Assembly: GCA_027366115.1 (NCBI GenBank)
Contig: DAHXLH010000029.1
Coordinates: 7,950-71,949 of the forward strand
Length of the DNA stretch: 64,000 nt
Source of the DNA: Phycisphaerales bacterium
GTDB taxonomy: Bacteria; Planctomycetota; Phycisphaerae; WQYP01
Reading direction: 5' to 3'
Part shown: one piece after another, positions 8,295 to 17,209 of the stretch
Numbering within the stretch: the first letter of the stretch is position 1
Layout: every line of letters begins with the position of its first letter
Notes under the pieces: model-generated
What the model was told of the DNA's origin: nothing
Databases searched by the model: none
What the model saw: the letters and a program-made list of their open reading frames with translations, nothing else
Program-made: the position numbers and the translations under genes

Positions 8295-9932
8295 TTATTG
8301 CGTTATTGAATAATTGACGATTTTATCGCCCGATGAAATTTGTACACTGGCCTTGCCGCCCTCATGCACAGTAACGGTTTTAAGCCAGACACGCATTTGT
8401 GCGGCGGAGTGCGTCCAGATCAGTACATCATATTCGGCTGGTCCAAGCTTAATGGGCTTATTCATCGAACCTTGTGCGTTAAGCGTTGCCGCCGCCACGC
8501 GCTGACCAGCCAGTAACGGTTCAATGGTACCGCGGAAGTAACTGCGTATGCGTGTCAATGAACTATTGGTATTGGTGCCCACTTGAGACGCAAATAATAC
8601 CGGTAATAGCTGCGACCATGGGGCATCATGATGCAATCTGAGATTCAAGGCATTTTGATGGTACATCGTGGTCATGGACGTATTGGGCGTTCCGCTGATA
8701 TTGGCGGATGACCATGGCGGCTTGCCGGCTATAATGGCACGATGAATTCGTCCGAGTCTGGCCGATGCGGCCTGCATGGCAAACCGTACAGCGGCCATGC
8801 GCGTGCCGGCGGGGATTATCCACATATTGACCGGGGCTGATGAAAGATTCTTCGCGGCTAACTGCACCGTCAGAGAGGAATTATTGTAAGGCAGTTGCGG
8901 ATAAGCCGAAGCCCGCAGGGGTTCAAGTTTTTCAGTGGACAGGCTCGCGAGGTCCACACTGGCTGTCTGTTTCATGTGCAAGGCTAAGGGCTTTTCATTG
9001 GAGGGAATAAGGAATATCCAATCCTGTATCACGCGCCGATGGCCATGCACGGTTCGGTAATCGTCGACCATGGCATTGTTAAGTTTCACCGGCGTATATT
9101 GGCGGCCGTCCTTAAGATATCCGCTGGGAAAGTACATTTTGCCGCCGGTGGTGACCATTTGCACTTCTGCCGGTGTCAATCGAAAATAGCCCTGATCCGA
9201 GCTGACATTGGGCTGGGCGCTGCCATGGTTTACTTCCGTGCGGACCAAAATAGCCTGTTTTCCAGCCGCGGGAATCCCGTACTGCTTAAGTACGGCCACC
9301 GGCAGCGGTGCGGCAAAGGGAACATGCAACAGACTTGGTGGAAGGGCTTTAGCCCCAGCATATTGGACGGTGTAGCGGTCGGCATACCATTGCCGGAGGG
9401 GCTGGGGATTGTACTTGCTGAAGGGTTGCCCGCCTACGCTTCGGCCGCTGACCATGCCCCAGAGGCTGGTAACAAAACCATCCGGATCCAGCCACAGGCC
9501 GGTGGGTGAGTTACTGGCCAAATCCGCCGCCGTGCTGTACCGGGAATATCCCAAAATACTGCTGGGCAGCGGCAGCATTTGCACGCCCACCATTACCGAG
9601 CCGATTAAAATCATGGCGGTAAAAAAGCCAAAGGCCCCTCCAACGATGCGTCCCGGCCAGAGCGGGAGTTCCACATCGCCGCGAATCAGGTAGTCAAAGG
9701 CCGTGCGAATGAGGGAAAAAGCCAGGAAAAATACCAGTAAAAACGTAACGCCGTACGCAAAATCAGGACGATGATTCAGAATGGGATTGGCCCACGCCTG
9801 ATAGACCCCCATCGCCAACGTAGAGGCAAAGAAGCTGGCACACAACAGGAGTAATGCTGACAACGGCCCCTCATTGGCCATATATAGCGCAAAGAGGATA
9901 ATGAACAATAGTACGATGAATTGAAGAATCAT
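8295..9932 (-). CDS. CvpA-family membrane protein with a ~380-aa C-terminal extension of unknown function
   Basis: The first ~160 aa have the CvpA (colicin V production) architecture of four TM helices (MILQFIVLLFIILFALY..., GVTFLLVFFLAFSLIRTAFDYLIRG, GGAFGFFTAMILIGSVMVG). The rest is a large hydrophilic Ser/Thr/Asn-rich domain with no recognisable motif. Begins 68 bp after the stop of the GspE-like gene. Confidence 0.65.
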   Translation of the reverse strand: MILQFIVLLFIILFALYMANEGPLSALLLLCASFFASTLAMGVYQAWANPILNHRPDFAYGVTFLLVFFLAFSLIRTAFDYLIRGDVELPLWPGRIVGGAFGFFTAMILIGSVMVGVQMLPLPSSILGYSRYSTAADLASNSPTGLWLDPDGFVTSLWGMVSGRSVGGQPFSKYNPQPLRQWYADRYTVQYAGAKALPPSLLHVPFAAPLPVAVLKQYGIPAAGKQAILVRTEVNHGSAQPNVSSDQGYFRLTPAEVQMVTTGGKMYFPSGYLKDGRQYTPVKLNNAMVDDYRTVHGHRRVIQDWIFLIPSNEKPLALHMKQTASVDLASLSTEKLEPLRASAYPQLPYNNSSLTVQLAAKNLSSAPVNMWIIPAGTRMAAVRFAMQAASARLGRIHRAIIAGKPPWSSANISGTPNTSMTTMYHQNALNLRLHHDAPWSQLLPVLFASQVGTNTNSSLTRIRSYFRGTIEPLLAGQRVAAATLNAQGSMNKPIKLGPAEYDVLIWTHSAAQMRVWLKTVTVHEGGKASVQISSGDKIVNYSITQ

Positions 9933-9960
9933 TGATGATCTTCCAATGCGCTGCGGCGTG

Positions 9961-9986
9961 TGAATCGCAATCCGGCAAGCGATTCA
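9961..9986 (-). other. Intercistronic hairpin (8-bp stem tgaatcgc/gcgattca, 10-nt loop) between the GspE-like gene and the CvpA-like gene
   Basis: Perfect inverted repeat seen directly. Sits between the stop (10001) and the next start (9932) on the minus strand. No U-tract follows, so it is not a canonical terminator. Confidence 0.35.
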
Positions 9987-10000
9987 GAAGCCTGTGTCAC

Positions 10001-11770
10001 TTAACTGTTTCCAGCGGACGATCCGCCGGCCTGAGAGCTACCGGCACCCGTGGCACCAGCCTGAGTTTGCCCCGGTATCTTCCCGGTCTTGTCCGTATCT
10101 GCCTTGGGGGGTCCGGAAGGCGCGGCTTTCGGTTTGGAGGCCGACTTTTTGTCCGGAGTGCACACGCGAATCACTTCCTGGATTGAAGTAATTCCCAGGG
10201 CAAATTTTCTAAAACCGTGTTCCACCATGAACATCATATTATTTTTCCGCGACAGGGTGCGGATTTCTTCCGCCGGCCGTCCGGTGGCAATAGCCCGGCG
10301 AATTTCGTCATTGATCACCAGGATTTCAAATATTCCGGTCTGTCCGCGGTAACCCAGACTGGCGCAATCCGGACACTTTATTAAATTCCCCTTTGGATCA
10401 CGGGACGGTTGTGTGTTGGCCTTAAAGGCTGAGAGATCGCGGCCGACGGGTAAATTCAACTTGGCCAGCATCGCCTCATCGGGCTGATAAGCGATTTTGC
10501 ATGTCGGGCAGAGCAGGCGCACCAGCCGCTGGGATATGATGGCGCGCAGCGGCGTGGCAGCCACTTGGTTATCGGGCAAAACTTTACGCCACAGTTCCAG
10601 GGCGGTAATGGCATCATTAGCTCGCAAACCAACATAAACACGATGCTCTTCACGAGAGTATTTGGCAATCGCTTCTGCCGTTGCCGCGTCGGGGCATTGC
10701 GCCACCATCAGAATATGCGGGTCTTTTAGCATAAGACTTTGCAAGGCTTTAGAGTGGCTGGCGTTGGCTGCGGAGGGGTCGAAGCGGGTTAAGGAGATGG
10801 ATTCAAAATCGGCCCGCGGGTTAATTTCAAAAGTGTTGATGCTGGTCGTGTAAGCGTCATGATTAGCCAGCAGGGAATAGAGCGTGGTTGTGCGGCCCAT
10901 GTGCGGGGGAGATGATACGATCACCAGCCCTTCATTGCCCTGAAGCACCTCGCGCAGGGCCGTGAGTTGTTCGGACGACATGCCTAGGTGATCCAGCGGC
11001 ATTTTCCAGTTATCTTTGGCGTTTATCTGGAGCCATAGCCGTTCACCAGCTGTTGTGCCACTGGTATTGGCGGTCCAGTGGACCGGATTGTTGTCCGCAT
11101 CGCGGGTGGTAAATGTTGCCGATTGCGGGCGCCGCCGCTCTTCCAGCGAAAGGCCGGTAAGCTGTTTGACGGATTGGATCAGCGGTTCGGCGTTGGTGCG
11201 CTGCATCCCGGATTGGGGGTAGGCCACCCCGTCTGTACTGAAGGACATTTCATAAGCCTGAGCCGCCGGCATAAGATCGATACGCTGCGCCCGGTTTTCC
11301 AAGCCTTGTATCAGCAACTGATCCAGCAGCACCACGCCGTTGTAACCGGGGTCTTCCACCGCCGGCAGGTGCAGCGGCTTTCCGCCCTTTCCTTCATACC
11401 GCAAGCCCAGTTGGGAAACGGACTTTTTTGCCCGCCGCCCGGCGGAAAACTGCTCCATGTGCCCGGATATCACACCCAGCAGATCGCCGGAAGATCCCAG
11501 CACCTGCACGCGTGTGCGCCAGTAATAACCCAGTAAAGCTCCGGGAATGAATATATTCAGTAGCAGTGCAAACCAGAAGTTTGGAATCAGCAGCCAGATC
11601 AGCAGGAGAATGGCCACGGATCCCAGCAAAGCGCCTTTCCATATCAGGGCGGGCTGTTCGGGCATGTTAGGAAGGTCATTGTCAATCCAGACAAGAAAGC
11701 GTCCCCAGAGCACAAGAACGGCAACCGCCACCGCAACATAAATGACATTTACATACATCAAAGCAATCAT
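10001..11770 (-). CDS. GspE/PilB-family secretion-ATPase homologue with N-terminal transmembrane anchor and degenerate catalytic motifs (predicted pseudo-ATPase)
   Basis: 589 aa. N-terminus has 2-3 hydrophobic helices (MIALMYVNVIYVAVAVAVLVLWG..., ALLGSVAILLLIWLLIPNFWFALLLNIFIPGALLGYYW). The core aligns to T2SS/T4P ATPases. The C-terminal tetracysteine motif CPTCK...CPDC is retained. Walker A is SSPPHMGRTT (canonical GPTGSGKT/ST), the Asp box is INTFEINP (canonical IEDPIEY), Walker B is HILMVAQCPD (canonical D..L.GEMRD) and the His box is EHRVYVGLRAN (canonical TGHLV.STLH). Confidence 0.75.
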   Translation of the reverse strand: MIALMYVNVIYVAVAVAVLVLWGRFLVWIDNDLPNMPEQPALIWKGALLGSVAILLLIWLLIPNFWFALLLNIFIPGALLGYYWRTRVQVLGSSGDLLGVISGHMEQFSAGRRAKKSVSQLGLRYEGKGGKPLHLPAVEDPGYNGVVLLDQLLIQGLENRAQRIDLMPAAQAYEMSFSTDGVAYPQSGMQRTNAEPLIQSVKQLTGLSLEERRRPQSATFTTRDADNNPVHWTANTSGTTAGERLWLQINAKDNWKMPLDHLGMSSEQLTALREVLQGNEGLVIVSSPPHMGRTTTLYSLLANHDAYTTSINTFEINPRADFESISLTRFDPSAANASHSKALQSLMLKDPHILMVAQCPDAATAEAIAKYSREEHRVYVGLRANDAITALELWRKVLPDNQVAATPLRAIISQRLVRLLCPTCKIAYQPDEAMLAKLNLPVGRDLSAFKANTQPSRDPKGNLIKCPDCASLGYRGQTGIFEILVINDEIRRAIATGRPAEEIRTLSRKNNMMFMVEHGFRKFALGITSIQEVIRVCTPDKKSASKPKAAPSGPPKADTDKTGKIPGQTQAGATGAGSSQAGGSSAGNS

Positions 11771-11917
11771 TCCTGCCTTCGCGTGTAGCCTCAGGCACCA
11801 TGCTACGCGCCGCCAAATGCAAAACTTACCATGATCCGGCTAATTAAGCCAGAGATTTAATCGGAATCATCCTTGACGCCACTTAGCGCTTCTGCGCTAT
11901 TTCGCCTCCCGCAGGGG

Positions 11918-13051
11918 TTAATTCGTACGAATGCCCTTCATGCGCATGCGCAATTCATCCGGATTGGGCGACGCAATATAGGCCTCTTTGTGTGTAATGG
12001 TCTCGCTGGCCACAAGTTCACACAGCATGTCATTAAAGTCAATCATCCCGGCTCCGCGCTCGGACCGGATCACCTGCGTCAATTCATTTTCCCGGCCTTC
12101 AAGAATGTATTTCCTGACCGAGGGTGAATTCAACATGACTTCGACCACCGGGACTCGGCCAATGGCTGGATCGATGGCCGGCACCAGTTTCTGAAAAATA
12201 ATGGCCTTCATATTGTTGGCAATGGCTTGACGCATGTTCATGTGCATATCCGGAGGGAACAATTCCAGAACGCGTGTGATGGCTCCCGGAGCACTGGCGG
12301 CATGAATGGTGGAAAACACCATGTGCCCGGTTTCTGTGGCCTGTACGGCAGCCTGAAATGTCAGGCGGTCACGCATTTCCCCGATCAAAATAACATCAGG
12401 GTCTTCACGCATCATGTAGCGGATGGCCATTTCAAAGCTTTCAACATCCAGACCCACTTCGCGCTGGTTGATAAAGGCTTTCTGATCCACATAGGTGTAT
12501 TCAATAGGATCTTCTATGGTGATAATGTGGCATGACCGCCGATCGTTCACTTGCTGGAGCATCGCAGCGATGGTGGTGCTTTTGCCGCTGCCCGTGATGC
12601 CCGCGAGCATGACCAGTCCCTGTTCGTTGTCCGCAATTTTTTCAAAAACTTCAGGCAGGTGCAACTGGGCGAAATTCGGAATTTTCGGATTAATGCGCCG
12701 CGCCGCCAAGCTGACCATGCCGCGCTGGCGAAAAATATTGACGCGGAATCGCTCGGTGGGGCCTATGGCGTAGGCGATATCCAGTGATCCGCGATGCAGG
12801 AAATCATGCCACTGCTCTTCGGTGAGCATTTCCTTGACCATGGCTTCGATTTCCGCATTGGTCAGCGGTGTGCCGGTAGTCGGAACCAGCCGACCGGATT
12901 TACGCACGCGCGGCAATACCTCGGCCTTGATGTGCAAATCGCTGCCTTCCACCTTGGTGACAACTTCAAAATATTTATGAATCTTCGGCGTTGCTCCGCG
13001 CTTGGCGGATTCGGCGACTTCAACTTTTGTACCCTGCGATTCTTTAGTCAT
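11918..13051 (-). CDS. pilT: Type IV pilus retraction ATPase PilT/PilU family
   Basis: 377 aa with intact Walker A (GITGSGKSTT), Asp box (ITIEDPIEY), Walker B (DVILIGEMRD) and His box (TGHMVFSTIHA). Typical PilT length. Confidence 0.88.
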   Translation of the reverse strand: MTKESQGTKVEVAESAKRGATPKIHKYFEVVTKVEGSDLHIKAEVLPRVRKSGRLVPTTGTPLTNAEIEAMVKEMLTEEQWHDFLHRGSLDIAYAIGPTERFRVNIFRQRGMVSLAARRINPKIPNFAQLHLPEVFEKIADNEQGLVMLAGITGSGKSTTIAAMLQQVNDRRSCHIITIEDPIEYTYVDQKAFINQREVGLDVESFEMAIRYMMREDPDVILIGEMRDRLTFQAAVQATETGHMVFSTIHAASAPGAITRVLELFPPDMHMNMRQAIANNMKAIIFQKLVPAIDPAIGRVPVVEVMLNSPSVRKYILEGRENELTQVIRSERGAGMIDFNDMLCELVASETITHKEAYIASPNPDELRMRMKGIRTN

Positions 13052-13099
13052 GCGACCATTATCCTTCTTACTAAAAACTAAAACTTACAACACACGCGC

Positions 13100-13789
13100 T
13101 TAAAAAGCCAGTCCATCCAGGGATTTTAGCCCCAGTGTTTCCTGCACGAAAAAGGGTTCCGCGAATCGACGGCGAATGGTCCCGCCGAAATATCCGTTGA
13201 TATTCTCAATGTAGGGGAGGATTTCCCACTGCGATTCCGCCGGCCGCCCCGTACTGAACTGCGATTCATAACACCGCACCGCCTGACGTTTAGCATCCAT
13301 GGCATCTGTAACATCCACACAGAAAGAGGCCGGAAAATTAAACCGCAGATGGGAGCAGAAATAGTAGATCAACCGCGGCGGATAAAATGGTTCACCGGGG
13401 ATTTCGGATTTTGTCAGCTTGGCGTCAAACCGGGCATCTTCAGCGATTTTGGTCACTTGCCGATGGTCCGGGTGGGCGTCCTGGGGATAGGGAAGAAATA
13501 CAATATCAGGGCGAAGCCGGCGAAACACGGCGGCCGTGGCATGGCGCGCGGCAAGACTCCATGTCACTTCCCGATTTTTCAGCCCCAGTGACAGGCGGGT
13601 GGCTCCCAGAATCTTGGCGGCAGCGGCTGATTCGGCCGCCCGCGTTTCGGGTGTGCCGAAGGGCGTCGGTTCGCCATTGGTCATGTCCAGAAGTGTCACA
13701 GCGTGCTTCTGTCGCGTGAGCAGGGCAATCGTTGCGCCCATAGCGAGTTCCTGATCGTCGGGGTGGGGTCCAATTACCAGAATGTTCAT
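13100..13789 (-). CDS. PIG-L/LmbE-family N-acetylglucosaminyl deacetylase
   Basis: 229 aa. N-terminal VIGPHPDDQELAMGATIA and a downstream DAHPDH motif, typical of LmbE-like zinc deacetylases such as BshB or MshB. Confidence 0.78.
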   Translation of the reverse strand: MNILVIGPHPDDQELAMGATIALLTRQKHAVTLLDMTNGEPTPFGTPETRAAESAAAAKILGATRLSLGLKNREVTWSLAARHATAAVFRRLRPDIVFLPYPQDAHPDHRQVTKIAEDARFDAKLTKSEIPGEPFYPPRLIYYFCSHLRFNFPASFCVDVTDAMDAKRQAVRCYESQFSTGRPAESQWEILPYIENINGYFGGTIRRRFAEPFFVQETLGLKSLDGLAF

Positions 13790-13851
13790 AGCATCAAGCC
13801 CGATTAAGCATGGCGGGGTTTCATTTCCAAAACGCCTTGAGAAAAAATACG

Positions 13852-14991
13852 TCAGCGGGATTCAAACGATTTCCAATGCTGATTGCGCGGTCCGATATAT
13901 TCCGCGCGGGGCCGGATCAGCTTGTTGTTTGAATATTGCTCCAGAATGTGGGCAATCCATCCGCTGGTGCGGCTGATGGCGAAAATCGGAGTAAAAAGAT
14001 CAGCGGGTATATGCAGATAGTGATACACTGATGCGCTGTAAAAATCGACATTCGGTTTCAAATTTTTTGTTCGTACCACCAAGTCTTCGATGCGCACAGA
14101 CATTTCATACCAGCGCTGCTGCCCGGTCAGGGTGCCGAGCTGGCGCGACATTTCCTTGAGATGCCGCGCGCGCGGATCGCCGTTTTTATAAACCGCGTGT
14201 CCAAAACCCATTATTTTTTCGTGGTTGTCCAGCTTCGCCCGGATATAGGCATCCACGGTGTCCGGGTTGCCGATTTCATTAAGCATCCGCATGACCTGTT
14301 CATTGGCTCCGCCATGCAGGGGGCCTTTTAAGGCACAGATGGCGGCTACGAGCGCGGAGTGCATATCGGTCAGCGTGCCTGCCGCCACGCGTGCGGCAAA
14401 TGTGCTGGCATTTAATTCATGATCCGCGTGAAGAATATAAGCTTTGTCCAGGGCGCGTGTGGCCAAAGGTTCGGGCGATCGGCCGGTGAGCATGTATAAA
14501 AAATTTGCCGCCAGGTTCAAATCACGTCGGGGTGCCAGAGGTTCGCGGTCGTTGCGGATGCGATCATACGCCGCTACGACGCTGGCCATTTGACCCAGAA
14601 TCCGCAGGGATTTTCGCTGATTGGCCGCGGCGGACATGTCTTCGGATTCAGCGTCAAACATGGCCATAGCGCTGGCGGCGGTGCGCAGAGCTTCCATCGG
14701 CGTGCTGCGCCGGGGAAAGGATTTCATCATGGCCAGCAGCCCTTCCGGCAATTGTGCCTGCTCGGCAATGGATTGGCGCAGATCGTCCAGTTCTCCGCGC
14801 GTAGGAAGTCGCCCGTTCCAAAGCAGAAATACCACTTCTTCAAATGTGGAATTTTCCGCCAGTTCATCGATGGAAATGCCGCGATAGGTCAACACGCCGT
14901 TTTCAATGGAGCAAATGGAAGAGCTTAACGCCACGATGTCGCGCAGGCCTCCGCTGGTTGCGCCGACGGTAGTCATGGGGGTCTGGGTCAT
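13852..14991 (-). CDS. Citrate synthase, short (~380 aa) type (citrate or 2-methylcitrate synthase)
   Basis: 379 aa. Citrate synthase signature GFGHAVYKNGDPRA and catalytic His/Asp context. No prpB or prpD nearby, so a 2-methylcitrate role is not supported. A second, long-type citrate synthase lies at 52281..53567. Confidence 0.85.
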   Translation of the reverse strand: MTQTPMTTVGATSGGLRDIVALSSSICSIENGVLTYRGISIDELAENSTFEEVVFLLWNGRLPTRGELDDLRQSIAEQAQLPEGLLAMMKSFPRRSTPMEALRTAASAMAMFDAESEDMSAAANQRKSLRILGQMASVVAAYDRIRNDREPLAPRRDLNLAANFLYMLTGRSPEPLATRALDKAYILHADHELNASTFAARVAAGTLTDMHSALVAAICALKGPLHGGANEQVMRMLNEIGNPDTVDAYIRAKLDNHEKIMGFGHAVYKNGDPRARHLKEMSRQLGTLTGQQRWYEMSVRIEDLVVRTKNLKPNVDFYSASVYHYLHIPADLFTPIFAISRTSGWIAHILEQYSNNKLIRPRAEYIGPRNQHWKSFESR

Positions 14992-15713
14992 ACGATTACT
15001 CCTGAACGCACATCAGAGATACTAATAATACACACTGGAGATGGAATCGTATAGTTTTGGGCGCAATAAAAAAGCCGTGTGGAGGAGGGTAGGTCCACAC
15101 GGCTTGGCGGAGGAGGAAACGAGTTTAGGTGATAGTGTATGGTGCAGATCACACCCGCACAGACCTCCAGGTTGTGCTTGGGAAGCGGTGGCCCTGCGCC
15201 ATACACGATCCATATTCACTTGTCATATTCGAGCACCGTCCCGTTCTTTCGGTCCCGAATTTCTTGCATTCTCTGTCACTCCCGCGGTCCTTGCCGCACG
15301 TTAGATATATTGCAACTCTCATGCCAGTTCGACATGCGGCGGAATTTTTTTTGCGAATCCCTACACGACGTCGCACTTTGATTTAAGGAACAGGATTTTT
15401 ATTGAAAAAAAGCCGGGCCTTTTGCCTTATTATTGGACAGACCTGTTTTAAAAAGCCAAATGGGGCCTTGAAAATGGGCGGGTGCCGGAGCCGGACACCC
15501 CACAACCCAATGCCTAAAGTTAGTGCAGCACGCCCCAGAGATGCTTATACGCCATGCAAGGCGCTACTCCGGCATGCCTAACACGTCAGGACAATCCTAA
15601 GATTTGCGGGAATTGCTCCGGCAAGCTAAAACTGTTGCCGCACACCCGCTCTGCGCCGGGGAACCTTGCCGGATTTTCAGGAGTGACCGGCGCAACCAAG
15701 ATGAGGATCCGTT

Positions 15714-17072
15714 GTGAACACGACCAGCACCACCAAGATTGGCCCTTTTGACCCGTTGACCAAAATTGAACGATGGGGCCTGATCGCGTTGCTGATCGGC
15801 GTTTTTGCCTTCGGCTGCGTGACGGAAGTTCGATCCGCCTTTCTTAAACGGCGGATGACCGATGTGGATACTTATTTTCGCGCCGCATGGGCGGTGCGCG
15901 TGCATAAAGATCCCTACAATGTCACAGATACCAATGGATGGCATTACAATTATCCGCCTCTGCTGGCAACCCTTTTGTACCCTCTGGCTGATGCCCCGGC
16001 CAAATTCAGCCGCGCGGGCTTATTGCCCTATCCCGTTTCCGTGGCGATCTGGTTTCTCATCAGCATTGGCTGTATCTGGTGGGGGAGTCATGCGCTGGCG
16101 GAGGCTCTGGAAAAAACTTCCACCGATCCGGCTGTGCGCAACATGCCGCGTTTTTGCCGCCGGTGGTGGGCGCTTCGCATTATTCCAATTTTGGTCTGCC
16201 TGCCGGCCATTGGCCGCGCGGTGGTGCGCGGACAGGTCAATAGTGTTCTTTTAATGCTGTTTTGTTTTGCCGGGGCGGCTTTGGCCACGCGCAAACGCTT
16301 TTGGGCCGGGTTTGCCAATGGCTTGGCGGCGGCGCTAAAGGTTTTCCCGGGCTTTTTAATTCTTTATGGAATATCGCGGCTGCGGTGGACGTATCTTGTC
16401 GGTATGGCGGCGGCGTTAGCGGTGGGCTTGTTGGTTATCCCGGGGATCATCATGGGGCCGCAACACATGATGGCTGCGTATCACCGCTTTGCCCAAGTGG
16501 TTTTGGAGCCTGCCCTGGGATTGAATCATAATACCTCGCGTGATAAGGAACTTCTGGATATTAATAAGACTGATTCGACCAGTTTTGAAGCGATGATAGA
16601 CCATACGGTTTACCTCGGGCGCCACGCTCCAGCCCCGGCAAAATGGATGAAATTGGCGCATTGGGGAATTTCCTGCGTGCTTGTGGCGATTACGCTGCTG
16701 GTGGAATTTCTACGCCGAAAGGATGATCCGATATTTCGCAATCTGTTTCTTGGCGTGCTGATTACCATCATGATGCCCATTATCCCCATTTGTCATCCCC
16801 ATTATTTCTGTATGGTGCTGCCGCTGATTACAGCGCTACTGGCGGCGCGTTGGGAACATGACCGGATGCTTCCTCTGGGCGGCGCATTGGGTTGGGTGTT
16901 CATCTTTTTTGCCGCATCCCATATTATGACGGTGCTCCCGCCGCCATTTTATATTCTGCGTGGCCTGGGGCTGGTTACCTATTCGGCTTTGGCGCTCTGG
17001 GGTCTGGGATTATTTGTGATGTGGCATTGGGAAACCCCGCGCGAATGGCTGCCCGCTGCGGCTGGAACATAA
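15714..17072 (+). CDS. Polytopic membrane protein, DUF2029/GT87-like (possible polyprenol-phosphate-dependent glycosyltransferase)
   Basis: 452 aa, about 10 TM helices. First periplasmic loop carries DVDTYFRAAWAV...NGWHYNYPPLLATLLYPLA (the Y-x-YPP motif of the GT87/DUF2029 family as I remember it). Assignment is tentative. Confidence 0.5.
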   Translation: MNTTSTTKIGPFDPLTKIERWGLIALLIGVFAFGCVTEVRSAFLKRRMTDVDTYFRAAWAVRVHKDPYNVTDTNGWHYNYPPLLATLLYPLADAPAKFSRAGLLPYPVSVAIWFLISIGCIWWGSHALAEALEKTSTDPAVRNMPRFCRRWWALRIIPILVCLPAIGRAVVRGQVNSVLLMLFCFAGAALATRKRFWAGFANGLAAALKVFPGFLILYGISRLRWTYLVGMAAALAVGLLVIPGIIMGPQHMMAAYHRFAQVVLEPALGLNHNTSRDKELLDINKTDSTSFEAMIDHTVYLGRHAPAPAKWMKLAHWGISCVLVAITLLVEFLRRKDDPIFRNLFLGVLITIMMPIIPICHPHYFCMVLPLITALLAARWEHDRMLPLGGALGWVFIFFAASHIMTVLPPPFYILRGLGLVTYSALALWGLGLFVMWHWETPREWLPAAAGT

Positions 17073-17209
17073 ACCACATCGTGAAGAAATCGAATGCATC
17101 GAATGGTGCATAGAACTTCCCAAACCGGTCATGAGCGGATAAATTCATCAGGATCGCGGAGCCTGCGGGCCACACGCAGCGGCCCCTACGAAAATGTTTT
17201 GGAGTATTT

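Noticed and set aside
11771-11917. 6-bp palindrome tagcgcttctgcgcta in the pilT/GspE-like spacer as a terminator
   Set aside because: The stem is short, no U-tract follows on the coding strand, and it is more likely incidental or an operator-like site. Not enough evidence to annotate.
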